Assembly: GCF_005696695.1 (NCBI RefSeq)
Contig: NZ_CP040006.1
Span: 1,140,001 to 1,172,000 of the forward strand
Source of the DNA: Schaalia odontolytica
Lineage (GTDB): Bacteria; Actinomycetota; Actinomycetes; Actinomycetales; Actinomycetaceae
Direction of reading: 5' to 3'
DNA: 32,000 nt
Part shown: in pieces, positions 8,324 through 18,400 of the stretch
Layout: each line of letters opens with the position of its first letter
Position numbering within the stretch: position 1 is the stretch's first letter
The notes under the pieces: model-generated
What the model saw: only the letters and a program-made list of their open reading frames with translations
What the model was told of the DNA's origin: nothing
Database searches by the model: none
Made by a program: the position numbers and the translations under genes

Positions 8324-10045
8324 TCAGAGTCCGAGGTCGGACTCGAACGCGCCTTCCTCCAGGCGCTTCTTCACATCCATGAGGAAGCGCGAAGCGTCGG
8401 CACCGTCAACCAGGCGGTGGTCGTAGGACAGCGACAGGTAGACCATCGAGCGAATCGCGATGACGTCGGCGCCGTCGGCACCCTTCATCACGACGGGACG
8501 CTTCACGATCGTGCCAACGCCCATGATCGCGGTCTCCGGCATGTTGAGGACCGGCGTATCGAAGAGCGCGCCGCCCGAACCGGTGTTGGTCACCGTGAAC
8601 GTCGAGCCGGACAGCTCGTCGGGGCCAATCTTCGAGTCGCGAGTACGAGCAGCCAGATCGTTGATCGAGGCGGCGATGCCCGCGATGTCCTTGTCTCCGG
8701 CGTTCTTCATCACCGGGACCAGCAGACCGCGCGGCGTGTCAACGGCGATGCCCACGTGCTCGTAATCGAAGTACGTGACCTCCTTGTCGTTGATCGTCGC
8801 GTTGATCTTCGGGTGGTAGGCGAGGGCCTCGGTCGCGGCCTTCACGAAGAAGGGCAGGAACGTCAGCTTGGTGCCGTGCTTGGCAAGGAACGCGTCCTTC
8901 GAACGCGCGCGCAGAGCGGCAACCTTCGTGACGTCGACCTCGATAACCGTGGTCAGCTGAGCCGCGGTCTGCAGAGACTCGACCATACGGCGGGCGATCG
9001 TCTGACGCAGTCGCGACATCTTTTCGGTCGTGCCACGCAGCGGCGAGGGTTCGCGAACGGCGGCTGCCTGCGCGGCGGGAGCAGCAACGGCAGCGCGGGC
9101 GGCAGCGGCGGCAGCCTCGATGTCCTCGCGGCGCACGCGGCCGCCGACACCCGTGCCCGACACGGACGCCAGATCGACGCCGAGCTCGCGGGCGAGCTTA
9201 CGAACGATCGGGGTGACATACGCGGACCCGGTCACGGCAACAGGGGTTTCAACGACCGGAGCAGCGGAAGCCGTCTGCGCCAGCGTCGAGGCGTTCGGGA
9301 AGGGATCAACCGGAGCTGCCGGAGCTGCCGGAGCTGCCGGAGTTGCCGGGGCAGCGGGCGCTGCGGGAGCAGCTGGGGCAACCGGAGCGGCCGGTGCCGC
9401 GGGGGCGGCCGGAGCGGCCGGGGCAGCTGCCTCGGCGACGGGAGCAGCAGAGGGGGCCGACGACGAAATAATCGCGACGACGGTACCGACCTCGACGGTC
9501 TCGTCCTCGGGAACGCGGATCTCTGCCAGGAAACCGGCCACGGGGGAGGGGACCTCGGAGTCGACCTTGTCCGTGGAGACCTCGAGCAGCGGCTCGTCGG
9601 CGTCAACGGCGTCGCCCACGGACTTCAGCCACGTGGTGACGGTGCCCTCGGTGACGGACTCGCCCAGAGCGGGCATGCGCACCTCAGTACCCTGCGCGGG
9701 AGCGGAGGCAGGGGCGGCAGCGGTCTCAACAGGAGCTGCAGCAGGCGCTGCCGGAGCCTCGACGGGAGCAGCCGCGGGTGCAGCAGCAGGGGCTGCCGAA
9801 GCCTCAGACGCATCGCCAATGCGAGCGATCTCGGTGCCGACCTCGACAGTCTCATCCTCGGGGACCAGGATTTCCAGCAGGACGCCGGCCACGGGGGAAG
9901 GGACCTCGGAGTCGACCTTGTCCGTGGACACCTCAACGATGGGCTCGTCGAGTTCGACGGTGTCGCCGACCTGCTTGAGCCACGTGGTGACGGTGCCCTC
10001 GGTGACGGACTCGCCCAGAGCGGGCATGGTCACTGAAGTTGCCAT
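8324..10045 (-). CDS. sucB: Dihydrolipoamide acyl(succinyl)transferase, E2 component of the 2-oxoacid dehydrogenase complex
   Basis: I moved the start to [18 protein letters not shown], with GGAGA upstream. Two lipoyl domains each carry [14 protein letters not shown]. Other elements are Ala/Pro linkers, a subunit-binding domain ([34 protein letters not shown]) and a catalytic domain with DHRLVDGA. Confidence 0.93.
   Translation of the reverse strand: MATSVTMPALGESVTEGTVTTWLKQVGDTVELDEPIVEVSTDKVDSEVPSPVAGVLLEILVPEDETVEVGTEIARIGDASEASAAPAAAPAAAPVEAPAAPAAAPVETAAAPASAPAQGTEVRMPALGESVTEGTVTTWLKSVGDAVDADEPLLEVSTDKVDSEVPSPVAGFLAEIRVPEDETVEVGTVVAIISSSAPSAAPVAEAAAPAAPAAPAAPAAPVAPAAPAAPAAPATPAAPAAPAAPVDPFPNASTLAQTASAAPVVETPVAVTGSAYVTPIVRKLARELGVDLASVSGTGVGGRVRREDIEAAAAAARAAVAAPAAQAAAVREPSPLRGTTEKMSRLRQTIARRMVESLQTAAQLTTVIEVDVTKVAALRARSKDAFLAKHGTKLTFLPFFVKAATEALAYHPKINATINDKEVTYFDYEHVGIAVDTPRGLLVPVMKNAGDKDIAGIAASINDLAARTRDSKIGPDELSGSTFTVTNTGSGGALFDTPVLNMPETAIMGVGTIVKRPVVMKGADGADVIAIRSMVYLSLSYDHRLVDGADASRFLMDVKKRLEEGAFESDLGL
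9310..9345. repeat. Tandem 9-bp repeat (CCGGAGCTG x3 plus one variant) within the Ala-Pro linker coding region of sucB
   Basis: Read directly: ccggagctg ccggagctg ccggagctg ccggagttg. It encodes the (PAA)n/(APA)n linker. The surrounding 9290-9460 region is low-complexity GC-rich. Confidence 0.85.
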
Positions 10046-10073
10046 GTGTGTTCTCCTATTAAAAAATTTTCGG

Positions 10074-11447
10074 TCAGTTGTGGACGTGGAGCGGCTTGCC
10101 TGCCAGCGCCATAGCCGCTTCGCCAAGCGACTCGTTCTGGCTGGGGTGTGCGTGGATCAGGGAAGCGACATCCGAGGGGTATGCCTCCCAATTCACCATG
10201 AGCTCGCCCTCACCAATCTGCTCGCCGATGCGCGCGCCGATGCCGTGGAAGCCCACGATCGGACCGCCCTCAACCGAGACCAGCTTGATGATGCCCGATG
10301 TGGCCAGGATAGACGACTTTCCGTTGCCGGCGAGGTTGTACTCGACGGTGCGCACCTGGTCTCCAAACTTTTCGCGTGCCTGCTTCTCGGTCATGCCGAC
10401 GGAGGCAATCTCCGGCTCGCAGAATGTCACGCGCGGGATGTTGATATCAGCCTGCATGGTCGGGTTCAGGCCGGCGATCTCTTCGGCGACGAAGATGCCC
10501 TGCATGAAGCCGCGGTGTGCCAGCTGAAGGCCGGGAACGATGTCGCCGACCGCGTAGATGTTTCCAACGCCGGTGTGCAGGCGGTCGTTGGTGATCACGA
10601 AGCCGCGATCCAGCGTGATGCCGGCCTGCTCGTAGCCCAGGCCCTCGGTGACGGGGCCGCGGCCAACTGCGACCAGAAGGACGTCGGCGTCGAAAGCCTT
10701 GCCGTCTTCGGTCGTGACGTGCACGCCCTGCTCGTTCTGCGTGGCCGAGGCGAAGCGAGTGTTCGTGTGGAACTTGATGCCGCGCTTGCGATAGGCGCGC
10801 TCGAGCTGCTTGGAGATGGCCTCGTCTTCGTTGTTGGCGAGGTGGGGCAGCGCTTCAATGATCGTGACCTCGGCGCCGAAGCTGCGCCACACGGAGGCAA
10901 ACTCCAGGCCGATGACGCCGCCGCCAAGAATCACGGCGGAGGAGGGAACCCAATCCATCTGAAGGGCCTGGTCGGAGGAGATCACGCGGCCGCCGATCTC
11001 GAGGCCGGGGATCGAACGCGAGTAGGAGCCGGTCGCCAGAACGATGTTGCGGCCGGTAATGCGCTGGCCGTTCACCTCGATGGTGTTCGCGTCGGCGAGG
11101 CGGCCCCAGCCGGAGATGACCTCGACGTTGCGAGACTTGAGCAGGCCCTGCAGGCCCTTGTACAGGCCGGAGATGACGGAGTCGCGGTACTTGCCCACCT
11201 GAGCCATATCGATGCCGTTGAAGGTGGAGGAGACGCCGAACTTGGACGACTCGCGCACGGCCTCGGCCGTTTCTGCAGCGTGCAGGTATGCCTTGGTGGG
11301 GATGCAGCCGCGGTGCAGGCAGGTGCCGCCCACCTTGTCACCGTCGATGAGGGCGACCTTCATGCCCAGCTGCGCAGCGCGCAGGGCGGTCGCGTAGCCG
11401 CCGGAACCCGCACCCAGAATGACGATGTCGTAGGTCGATTCGCTCAA
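10074..11447 (-). CDS. lpdA: Dihydrolipoyl dehydrogenase (E3)
   Basis: TTG start with GAGGAG 9 nt upstream. FAD site GAGSGGY, redox disulfide [16 protein letters not shown] site [11 protein letters not shown]-terminal HAHPS motif. Its stop lies 28 nt upstream of the sucB start, which suggests an lpd-sucB operon. Confidence 0.95.
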   Translation of the reverse strand: MSESTYDIVILGAGSGGYATALRAAQLGMKVALIDGDKVGGTCLHRGCIPTKAYLHAAETAEAVRESSKFGVSSTFNGIDMAQVGKYRDSVISGLYKGLQGLLKSRNVEVISGWGRLADANTIEVNGQRITGRNIVLATGSYSRSIPGLEIGGRVISSDQALQMDWVPSSAVILGGGVIGLEFASVWRSFGAEVTIIEALPHLANNEDEAISKQLERAYRKRGIKFHTNTRFASATQNEQGVHVTTEDGKAFDADVLLVAVGRGPVTEGLGYEQAGITLDRGFVITNDRLHTGVGNIYAVGDIVPGLQLAHRGFMQGIFVAEEIAGLNPTMQADINIPRVTFCEPEIASVGMTEKQAREKFGDQVRTVEYNLAGNGKSSILATSGIIKLVSVEGGPIVGFHGIGARIGEQIGEGELMVNWEAYPSDVASLIHAHPSQNESLGEAAMALAGKPLHVHN

Positions 11448-11659
11448 GGTTTAAAACTCCTCGCTGATGAGCCGAAGCTCAGATGGTTGTTTTCATGACG
11501 GGCCTCACGGTCCTTATAGGTCCATTGTCCCACGTTTGCGCAACGCTGTCTTGAAGCTCAGTGTTCCATCGCGGTGCATCAGGCCACACGGCATAGTTGC
11601 TCGCGGCACTCATCTCTCATGCGATGCGCCGCGACAATGCTGTCGGTAGGATCAGACCT

Positions 11660-12151
11660 GTGCACGGACATGACACGACGAACGAGGCCGTCGGTGCGCG
11701 CGATCAGCGCCCGCCGTCGCTTGGACTTGGCCGCATCATCATTGCTCTCTTTTGGCTCCTCGGAGCTTGGATTCTCGTGACGGCCATCCTCGATCTTTTT
11801 CATGCGCAGGGACAGCCCTGGGGTCCGCGCATCGTTGCTCTCCTCGCAGGCATTGACTATCTCGTCGCAGCCACGGCGCTCACCCACAACGGGCGTCGCA
11901 TGCGCATCGTTGGTTGGGTCACGATCTCTTTGTCGATTGCTATTCCGATTATTCTGTGGGTTGCATCGCTCGGCTTGGATGAGCTGAATTCCGCACGCTC
12001 AGCGTGGACTGGCTTCGGCGTCGACTTCTACTTCCTGCCCTTTATCGTGTCGATCATCGGCCTGATCTGGATGTGGCGCTCGAATCCGCGCAGGATCGTC
12101 TCACTCGCAGAGCAGGTCGAACGTCCATCCGCCCCGTGGAGGGCGCACTGA
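11660..12151 (+). CDS. Hypothetical integral membrane protein (about 4 TM)
   Basis: Hydrophobic segments IIIALFWLLGAWILVTAIL, IVALLAGIDYLVAATAL, GWVTISLSIAIPIILWVA and FLPFIVSIIGLIWMW. I prefer the in-frame GTG at 11660 because TAGGAT (11647-11652) lies 7 nt upstream (leaderless pattern). The track start of 11597 is also possible. Confidence 0.5.
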   Translation: MHGHDTTNEAVGARDQRPPSLGLGRIIIALFWLLGAWILVTAILDLFHAQGQPWGPRIVALLAGIDYLVAATALTHNGRRMRIVGWVTISLSIAIPIILWVASLGLDELNSARSAWTGFGVDFYFLPFIVSIIGLIWMWRSNPRRIVSLAEQVERPSAPWRAH

Positions 12152-12184
12152 CCCACTGCTTGATCCAGCGATGAACGCAGTAAG

Positions 12185-12218
12185 CGAGGCCCGGCGGAGT
12201 AATCCGACCCGGGCCTCG
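12185..12218. terminator. Bidirectional hairpin between the convergent membrane-protein gene and trmL
   Basis: CGAGGCCCGG ... CCGGGCCTCG forms a 10-bp stem, with an inner CGGA gtaa TCCG extension. Confidence 0.65.
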
Positions 12219-12241
12219 TTCGTCATCTTTCCGTCGTGGAG

Positions 12242-12703
12242 TTAGACGCCGTTCGGGAAACCCAGCTGTCGCCAGGCCTCGTACAGGACGATCGATGCGG
12301 AGTTGGCCAAGTTGAGCGAACGCACCCCGTTAACCATCTGAATGCGCACGCGATCCTCCACACGCGGATGATGCATCGCATCCTCCGACAGGCCGACCGA
12401 CTCGCGCCCAAAGAGGAGGCCGTCTCCATCGGCATAGGAGACGTCGGAGTACATAGTGGTCGCGTGGCCCGTGAGCGCCCAGACGCGCCCTGGAACCTCG
12501 GCGAGTGCCTCATCGAGAGAATCGTGCACCATAACGTGCGCGAGGTCGTGGTAGTCCAGGCCTGCGCGGCGGAGCTTCGCGTCGTCCATGTCGAAGCCCA
12601 GCGGCTTGACCAAGTGCAGCATCGATCCAGTGCACGCGGACAGGCGAATAGCGGCACCCGTATTGCCGGGGATTTCCGGCTCCCAAAAAATAATGTGCAG
12701 CAT
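12242..12703 (-). CDS. trmL: tRNA (cytidine/uridine-2'-O-)-methyltransferase, SpoU/TrmL family
   Basis: MLHIIFWEPEIPGNTGAAIRL..., the C-terminal knot region SLNLANSASIVLYEAWRQLGF, and a size of 153 aa are all typical of TrmL/CspR. Confidence 0.88.
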   Translation of the reverse strand: MLHIIFWEPEIPGNTGAAIRLSACTGSMLHLVKPLGFDMDDAKLRRAGLDYHDLAHVMVHDSLDEALAEVPGRVWALTGHATTMYSDVSYADGDGLLFGRESVGLSEDAMHHPRVEDRVRIQMVNGVRSLNLANSASIVLYEAWRQLGFPNGV

Positions 12704-12708
12704 AATCC

Positions 12709-13236
12709 TCAGGCCTGGTGGGTCACGGTCAGGGAGGCGCGTGCGATCGTGTGCTCGAGCGCCACGAACGAGGCCATGGCTGGGGTCGCGTCGTCGTCGA
12801 GCCCCAGCGAATCCGTATCGAGGGCGTGCACCGTGAATACGTAGCGGTGGGGGCGGTCGCCGGCGGGGGGAGCGGCTCCGAAGTAGGAGGCCTCTCCCGC
12901 ATCGCCGCGCAGATGGAAAGCCGGACCGTCCAGCATGAGGTCGGATGCTCCGGCACCCGCCTCCAGGTGGGTCATGGACGACGGGATGTCAAGAATTGCC
13001 CAGTGCCACCAGCCCGAGGGGATCGGGGCGTCCGGGTCAAAGCAGGTCAGCATGAAGCTCGCCGTGTCCTCGGGGAAACCGTGCCAGGTGAGGTCCGGGG
13101 AAAGGGATCCGGCCTCGGCGGTCGCCGACTCGGGCATAGGCGCGCCGTCGGTGAGAACGCTCGATGACAGCGTAAACATGGGGACTTCCAGGCCCTCGTA
13201 GGGGCTGGGGGCAAGGGGGCGCTGGTCGATGTTCAT
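12709..13236 (-). CDS. YbhB/YbcL-type PEBP (Raf kinase inhibitor-like) family protein
   Basis: I moved the start to MNIDQRPLAPSPYEG. It has the PEBP signatures CFDPDAP..GWWHW and GDRPHRYVFTVHALD. The 113-codon upstream extension in the track crosses the divergent promoter/LexA box and is not credible. Confidence 0.85.
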   Translation of the reverse strand: MNIDQRPLAPSPYEGLEVPMFTLSSSVLTDGAPMPESATAEAGSLSPDLTWHGFPEDTASFMLTCFDPDAPIPSGWWHWAILDIPSSMTHLEAGAGASDLMLDGPAFHLRGDAGEASYFGAAPPAGDRPHRYVFTVHALDTDSLGLDDDATPAMASFVALEHTIARASLTVTHQA

Positions 13237-13330
13237 GCGTGCTCCTTTCTCGGTGTTTCCATTGTGACCTATTCGCGCGCGATCGGCGTTCGGGACGCAG
13301 ATGTATGAGCAGGGTTCTACACTTCCAGTG

Positions 13331-13346
13331 TCGAACACATGTTCTA
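13331..13346 (+). promoter_or_regulatory. LexA (Cheo-type SOS) box TCGAACacatGTTCTA overlapping a TATTGT -10-like hexamer upstream of imuA'
   Basis: It matches the Gram-positive/actinobacterial GAAC-N4-GTTC consensus. It lies 18 nt upstream of the imuA' ATG and is followed by the GGGAGGGGA Shine-Dalgarno sequence. Confidence 0.85.
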
Positions 13347-13363
13347 TTGTTGGGAGGGGAGTT

Positions 13364-13846
13364 ATGACCGATGCGCACGCGCGACTACTGGCGGCGCGCG
13401 ACGTGTTGAACCGTGCCGAACAGGCTGTTGGCCTGCGAGCGCGTGACGATATCGAGCATGCGCAGTCGGGGATTTCTCCTGTCCTTCTGGGGCCGACGGG
13501 CAGGGCTGAACTCATCCGACTACTGCTCGATGTGTGCCCCTCCGAGGGGTGGATCGGCGTGTGCGGAGTGAGCAATATCGGCTGGGAATGGGCCTCGCAG
13601 CAGGGGATGGACCTCGACCGTGTGCTGGTGTTAAACGCGGGGAAAGATCACCAGGTGGGGGACCTGTGTTCCCTTCTGATAGAAGCCTGCGATGTTGTCT
13701 GTCTCGATGTTCCTGAGCTGTCCGGCGCACAGCAGCGGGCCCTGGCGGCTCGGGCCCGATCGATGGGACGCACCATCGTGACACTGCGCCCCTGGCCGGG
13801 GTTCTCTCGCGATGCGGTGCGTCAACGGATGCGGCTGGTGGTCTAA
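13364..13846 (+). CDS. imuA': ImuA'-like SOS mutasome accessory protein (RecA-fold, non-ATPase)
   Basis: It starts at MTDAHARLL after a strong Shine-Dalgarno sequence. The pattern GWIGVCGVSNIGWEWASQQGMDLDRVLVL...CDVVCLDVPELSGAQQRALAARARSMGRTIVTLRPWPG resembles mycobacterial ImuA' (Rv3395c-type). Its position directly upstream of imuB and behind a LexA box supports the call. Confidence 0.75.
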   Translation: MTDAHARLLAARDVLNRAEQAVGLRARDDIEHAQSGISPVLLGPTGRAELIRLLLDVCPSEGWIGVCGVSNIGWEWASQQGMDLDRVLVLNAGKDHQVGDLCSLLIEACDVVCLDVPELSGAQQRALAARARSMGRTIVTLRPWPGFSRDAVRQRMRLVV

Positions 13847-15409
13847 GTGCGTGACATGGTGGTGTGGGTGCCCGATTGGCCCGTCCACTGCCTCGTGGTC
13901 GATCTGCCGCCGGGTGGCGCTGGGGCCGTCGTACATAGTGAACGCATCGAGGTTGCCAGCGGCGCTGCTCGGAGCGCCGGAGTCAGGAGTGACATGAGCG
14001 TACGAGAGGCGACATATGTGTGTCCCGATCTCGTTTGCTTGCCTCGCGACCCTGATCGCGAGGCGCGAGCGTTTAGCGCCGTTGTCGATGCTTTCGATTC
14101 AGTGGCGGCCGGGGTGGAGTGCGTGCGCCCCGGGGTAGCTAGGTGTCGGGCGCGCGGTCCCGCTCGTTGGCATGGGAGTGAGGAGGCCGCGGCCTTGGCT
14201 CTGGTGTCGGCGATCGAGGAGTCCGTCGGCGTTGAATGTTTTGTTGGCATCGCCGATGGTCCAGTCGCATCCCTGGAGGCGGCGCGCGAGGGGCGCATTG
14301 TTCCTGCCGGAGAAAGCCAATCATTTCTGGGGCGCGTCCCGTTACATCGTGCCCTGTGGGCCGTTCCTGTCGCGATGGCTGATAGAGCAGCTGACACCAT
14401 CGAGCTATTGACGGGCCTAGGTGTTCACACGTGCGCGGATTTTCTGGCACTGGGGCGAGGTCGTGTGTGCGAGCGCTTCGGCGACGTCGGTGAACAACTC
14501 TGGAATCTCGCCTCCGGAGGCGACAGCGCCATCACGCTGGCCGGGCGCATTCAACCAGACATCACGATGGAGTGCGTCATTGATGTGGGTGGAGAGTCCA
14601 TCGATACGATGATGGTGCCCATTGGGCGCATCGCACGAGATCTGTCTCAGAGGCTGGGGCGGGGCGGGCTCGTCTCGCAGACCCTGCGCATCGATGTGGA
14701 GGATGCCGGGGGCGGTCAGCGCACTCGCACGTGGAGCGGATGTGACGTGTGCGCATCCGACGACGTTGCGCTGCGTGTCCGGTGGACGCTCGCGGGGTGG
14801 ACTTCGGGTATCGAAGGGCCCAGTGGCGCGGTGACCTGCATACGCGTCACCGCGTGCGATCCGCGGGTGGGGCGCAGTGCATCAGCACTGTGGGGGAGGT
14901 CAGACCGCGAGCGCGATGTCTCGCGTAGCGTCGTGCGCATTCAGGGGATGGCGGGGCCAGATTCTCTCCTGATTCCGCGGGTACAGGGCGGATACGATCC
15001 GCGCAGCCGTGTTGTGATGACCAGGTGGGGGAGTAAGCCTCTCCTTCGCCCGCATGAGGGGGCGTGGGAGGGACGCATCTCTCATCCTCCGGCGACGCTT
15101 TTTGACGAGCCCGTGCGTGTGAGGATTGTTGGCGCATCGGGGGCCTTCGACGACGTGCGTGTGGACCACCGAGGGGCCTTGAGTGCTGCACCCGCCTACC
15201 TCGTGAGCGAGCGTGATGTCTCGCAATCAGTGTCGGGGAGGGGGCGCCGTGCGGCTATCTCGCGGGTGGAAGGGCCTTGGCCAGTGGGAGGTCGGTGGTG
15301 GGCGCAGGAGAGACCGCGCGCCTACATGAGGGCTCTGCTTGAGGACGGACGGGACGTTCTCCTTGTCTGGAAGGAGGGGGAGTGGGCGATCGAGGGACTG
15401 TCCCAGTGA
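13847..15409 (+). CDS. imuB: ImuB, catalytically inactive Y-family polymerase homolog (mutasome adaptor)
   Basis: The GTG start abuts the imuA' stop. The N-terminus VVWVPDWPVHCL is typical of ImuB and lacks the DxD catalytic acidic residues of DinB. A candidate beta-clamp motif ASALWG lies at residues 345-350 (nt about 14879-14896), a position comparable to QLPLWG in M. tuberculosis ImuB. Confidence 0.85.
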   Translation: MRDMVVWVPDWPVHCLVVDLPPGGAGAVVHSERIEVASGAARSAGVRSDMSVREATYVCPDLVCLPRDPDREARAFSAVVDAFDSVAAGVECVRPGVARCRARGPARWHGSEEAAALALVSAIEESVGVECFVGIADGPVASLEAAREGRIVPAGESQSFLGRVPLHRALWAVPVAMADRAADTIELLTGLGVHTCADFLALGRGRVCERFGDVGEQLWNLASGGDSAITLAGRIQPDITMECVIDVGGESIDTMMVPIGRIARDLSQRLGRGGLVSQTLRIDVEDAGGGQRTRTWSGCDVCASDDVALRVRWTLAGWTSGIEGPSGAVTCIRVTACDPRVGRSASALWGRSDRERDVSRSVVRIQGMAGPDSLLIPRVQGGYDPRSRVVMTRWGSKPLLRPHEGAWEGRISHPPATLFDEPVRVRIVGASGAFDDVRVDHRGALSAAPAYLVSERDVSQSVSGRGRRAAISRVEGPWPVGGRWWAQERPRAYMRALLEDGRDVLLVWKEGEWAIEGLSQ

Positions 15410-15448
15410 GCCGGTGCTGGGGATGGGTGGGTGCCGTAGACTGAAAGG

Positions 15449-18400
15449 ATGGTATCTCTGTCGCACACGCTGGCCTCGCTGTCGGATGATGACATGATGG
15501 CCCTCGTTGGCCCGGCGGCGTGGGCGAATGGCCTGCGTTTAGCGCGCAGTGGCGCGGTGCGTGAATTCTCCTGGAGCGAGGATGGGGAGCAGGCTGAAGC
15601 ACGCGTGAAGGAAGCCGGGCTGACCTATCGCGTGCGCGTCGCACAGGGCGCTGTGCGTCCCTCCCTCGCGTGTGCGTGCCCGCTGCGCAGTGATTGTCCC
15701 CATACGGTCGCGACGCTCATTGTTGGGCGCGAGGATGCCCGCGACAAGCAGCGCTCGGTGCCTGAGTGGAGCCGTGTCCTCGAGCAGATGCTGGGTTCTG
15801 ACCGCGACCGCCTGGGCGAGCCGTTGGCCCTCGTCGTCGATGCGCATGATCCCGGGGTTGAGCCGTCTCTCATCCCGCTGCGCCGAAGCTCCTCATCCGG
15901 GTGGACGACGAAGAGGGCTTCGTGGCTCGATTTGACGGCGACGCAGTGGGCGTCAGTGACGGATGGGCTGGATCCCACGCATGTCTCGCTCATGCGCGAG
16001 GGGTACCGCCTGTCGCGTGAATCGCGTTCGTGGCACTCGCGCACGGAGGTGACGCTCAGTTCGCTGGGTGAGCATGCCTACGCGTGGCTGGCACGCCTGG
16101 TACGGGCCGGGGTTGAACTCTACGCCTCGACTGAGGCCGATGAGAAGGTGGTGCTCTCGCACGCAACCTGGGATGCGGACATTGATGTGCGATCCAGTGA
16201 CGACGGCCTTGACGTCAGAGTCGTCGCGCGTAACGGAGACGAGGTGATCACGAGGCCGCGCATCGACCGCGACGCGAGTGTGCTCCTGCTGGATGGAGGG
16301 CGCGGAATCGCGCGGATTGAGGGTGTAGGAACGCTCGACGGCTTTCCTCTCGATCGAGGCCTGCATATTCCTGCCGCAGATGTTGCGCAGTTTCGTGGCA
16401 CGTGGCTGCCCGCCCTCCTCAGGCGTTTTTCGATGGCTTCCTCCGATGGCAGTTTTGACGCTCAGGCTCGCCCGGACGTGTCGCTCGTGGGCACGGTGCG
16501 ACGCGACGGGGAATCTGTCGTTGTGCGTTGGTGGGCCGAGTATCGTCAGGGTGAGTCACGCTCGCGCACTCCTGTGGCCCACTGCGCGGACGACGAGGCC
16601 GTGGCCGAGATCGTGGGGCGCGTCGAGTTGTGGGGACGCGGGTTGGACTCCGCCCTGTGGACCGCGCCTCCGACGACCGGGAGGCTGTCTCCGTGGCGTG
16701 TTCCCGCCTTCTTGGAAGCGGTTGTTGATACTGAGGGCATCGATGGCCTCGTGTGGGACGTTGCGGAGGATGTGCGTGCCATCGACGTGCGAGAAGACGG
16801 ATTCGATGTCGATGTGAGCGTTGATCCGGCCGAACGCGACTGGTTTGACCTCAACGTGCGCCTGCGCCTCGGTGCCGTCACGATCAGCGTGCGCGATGCG
16901 CTCGAAGCGATCGCAGGCGGGCAGGAATACGTCGAGGTCGAGGGAACGTGGGTGCGCCTCGACGGCGAACGTATTCGTTCCTTGGCGACATTGCTGGAAG
17001 AGGCGCGCACCCTGGCGGGGTGGGACGGCGAGGGGTTCAGGCTCACGCCGATGCAAGTCGGCGTCGTCGATCTATTCGCGAGCGCATCCGACCACGTGAG
17101 GATCAGCGATGCGTGGAGGACGCGGGTTGCTCCACTGCGCGACGGCTCCTCGGATGAAGGTCTACCTCCGGTACCATCGCTCAGCTCGGTTCTGCGGCCG
17201 TACCAACGGCACGGCCACGCGTGGTTGACGGCTCGCTTGTCCGGTGGAATCGGTGGAATTTTGGCTGATGACATGGGCCTGGGAAAAACCGTCCAGATCC
17301 TGTCGGCTGTGGCAGCGCTGCGAGCGCATGCACCCGCTGGCGATCCCTCGCCTGTTCTCGTCGTGGCGCCGACCTCCGTCGTCGGCGTGTGGATAGACCA
17401 GGCGCGCACCTTCACACCGCACCTGCGCGTGCGCGCGGTGACCGAAACGGCCACGCGCCGTGGGACGACGATCCAGGAGGAGGTTGCCGATACGGATATC
17501 GTCGTCACCTCCTACACGCTCGCCCGCCTGGAGGCGGAGCAGTGGAACCAGGTGCGCCTCGGCGGAGTTGTCATCGATGAAGCGCAAGCGGTGAAAAACC
17601 CCCGCACTGCAACCTACCGTGCGCTTCGCGATCTTGAGTCGCCCTGGAAGTTGGCGGTGTCGGGTACCCCCATCGAAAACTCACTGGGAGACCTGTGGTC
17701 GTTGCTTTCCTTGACGTGCCCAGGCCTCCTACCCCCGTGGGAAACGTTCCAGCAGCAGGTGCGCAGGCCCATCGAAAACGGCGCGGACCCGGCGATGCTC
17801 GGGCGTCTGACGGCGTACGTCGCGCCCTTTGTTCTGCGGCGCACGAAGGAGGCGGTCGCTCCGGATCTGCCCGATAAGATCGTCGACATTGTGCGCGTCG
17901 ATTTGGGCAAGGAACACCGCCATATCTACGATCAGTACCTGGCCCGCGAGCGCGCCCGGATTCTCGACCTGCTGCGAGACGTGGATGCGAACCGAATGAG
18001 TGTGCTCGCGTCGATTACGAGGCTGCGTCAGCTAGCGCTCGATCCGGCTCTCGTCGAGGAGTCGTATGCGCACGTGGGGTCGGCAAAAATCGAGTACCTG
18101 GCGGATCGGCTGGACGAGATCGTGCCACTCGGGCATCAGGCGCTGGTGTTCAGCCAGTTCACCTCGTTCCTGGAACGTATCCGGCACATGCTTGAGCGCC
18201 GTGGAATATCCGTCGTTCAGCTCGATGGCTCAACGCGTGGTCGCGCTGAGGTCATCGAGAAGTTCCGCTCGGGCGATGCGCAAGTCTTCCTCATCTCGCT
18301 GAAGGCTGGCGGTTCAGGATTGACCCTCACCGAGGCGGACTACGTCTACGTCATGGATCCCTGGTGGAATCCTGCCGCGGAGGAGCAGGCGATTGATCGC

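Noticed and set aside
11463-11482. CUGAUGAG...CGAA string resembling a hammerhead ribozyme core, in the lpdA leader region
   Set aside because: After the short GC/cgaa/GC stem the sequence continues UCAG rather than the required GAAA core. No stem I or stem III partners or cleavage-site context are present, so I judge it coincidental.
9030-11498. 822-aa plus-strand ORF (and the 539-aa ORF at 8417-10036) across sucB and lpdA
   Set aside because: Both are antisense to two unmistakable enzymes. The products are Ala/Gly/Arg/Ser low-complexity sequence that mirrors the Ala/Pro linkers. There are no start signals.
12709-13575. 288-aa version of the PEBP ORF, and the MYEQGST... extension of imuA' (13301-13363)
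   Set aside because: The extensions cross the shared divergent promoter and LexA box and have no homology logic. Internal starts with proper context (ATG at 13236; ATG at 13364 after GGGAGGGGA) give family-typical lengths.
15418-15436. Recurring GATGGG(G)TGGG(G) string (15420s, 8275-8289, 27222-27235) as a possible dispersed repeat family
   Set aside because: Two of the three copies are simply arms of unrelated terminator hairpins with different flanks. The third has no inverted partner. The strings are too short and G-rich to distinguish from chance without a genome-wide count.
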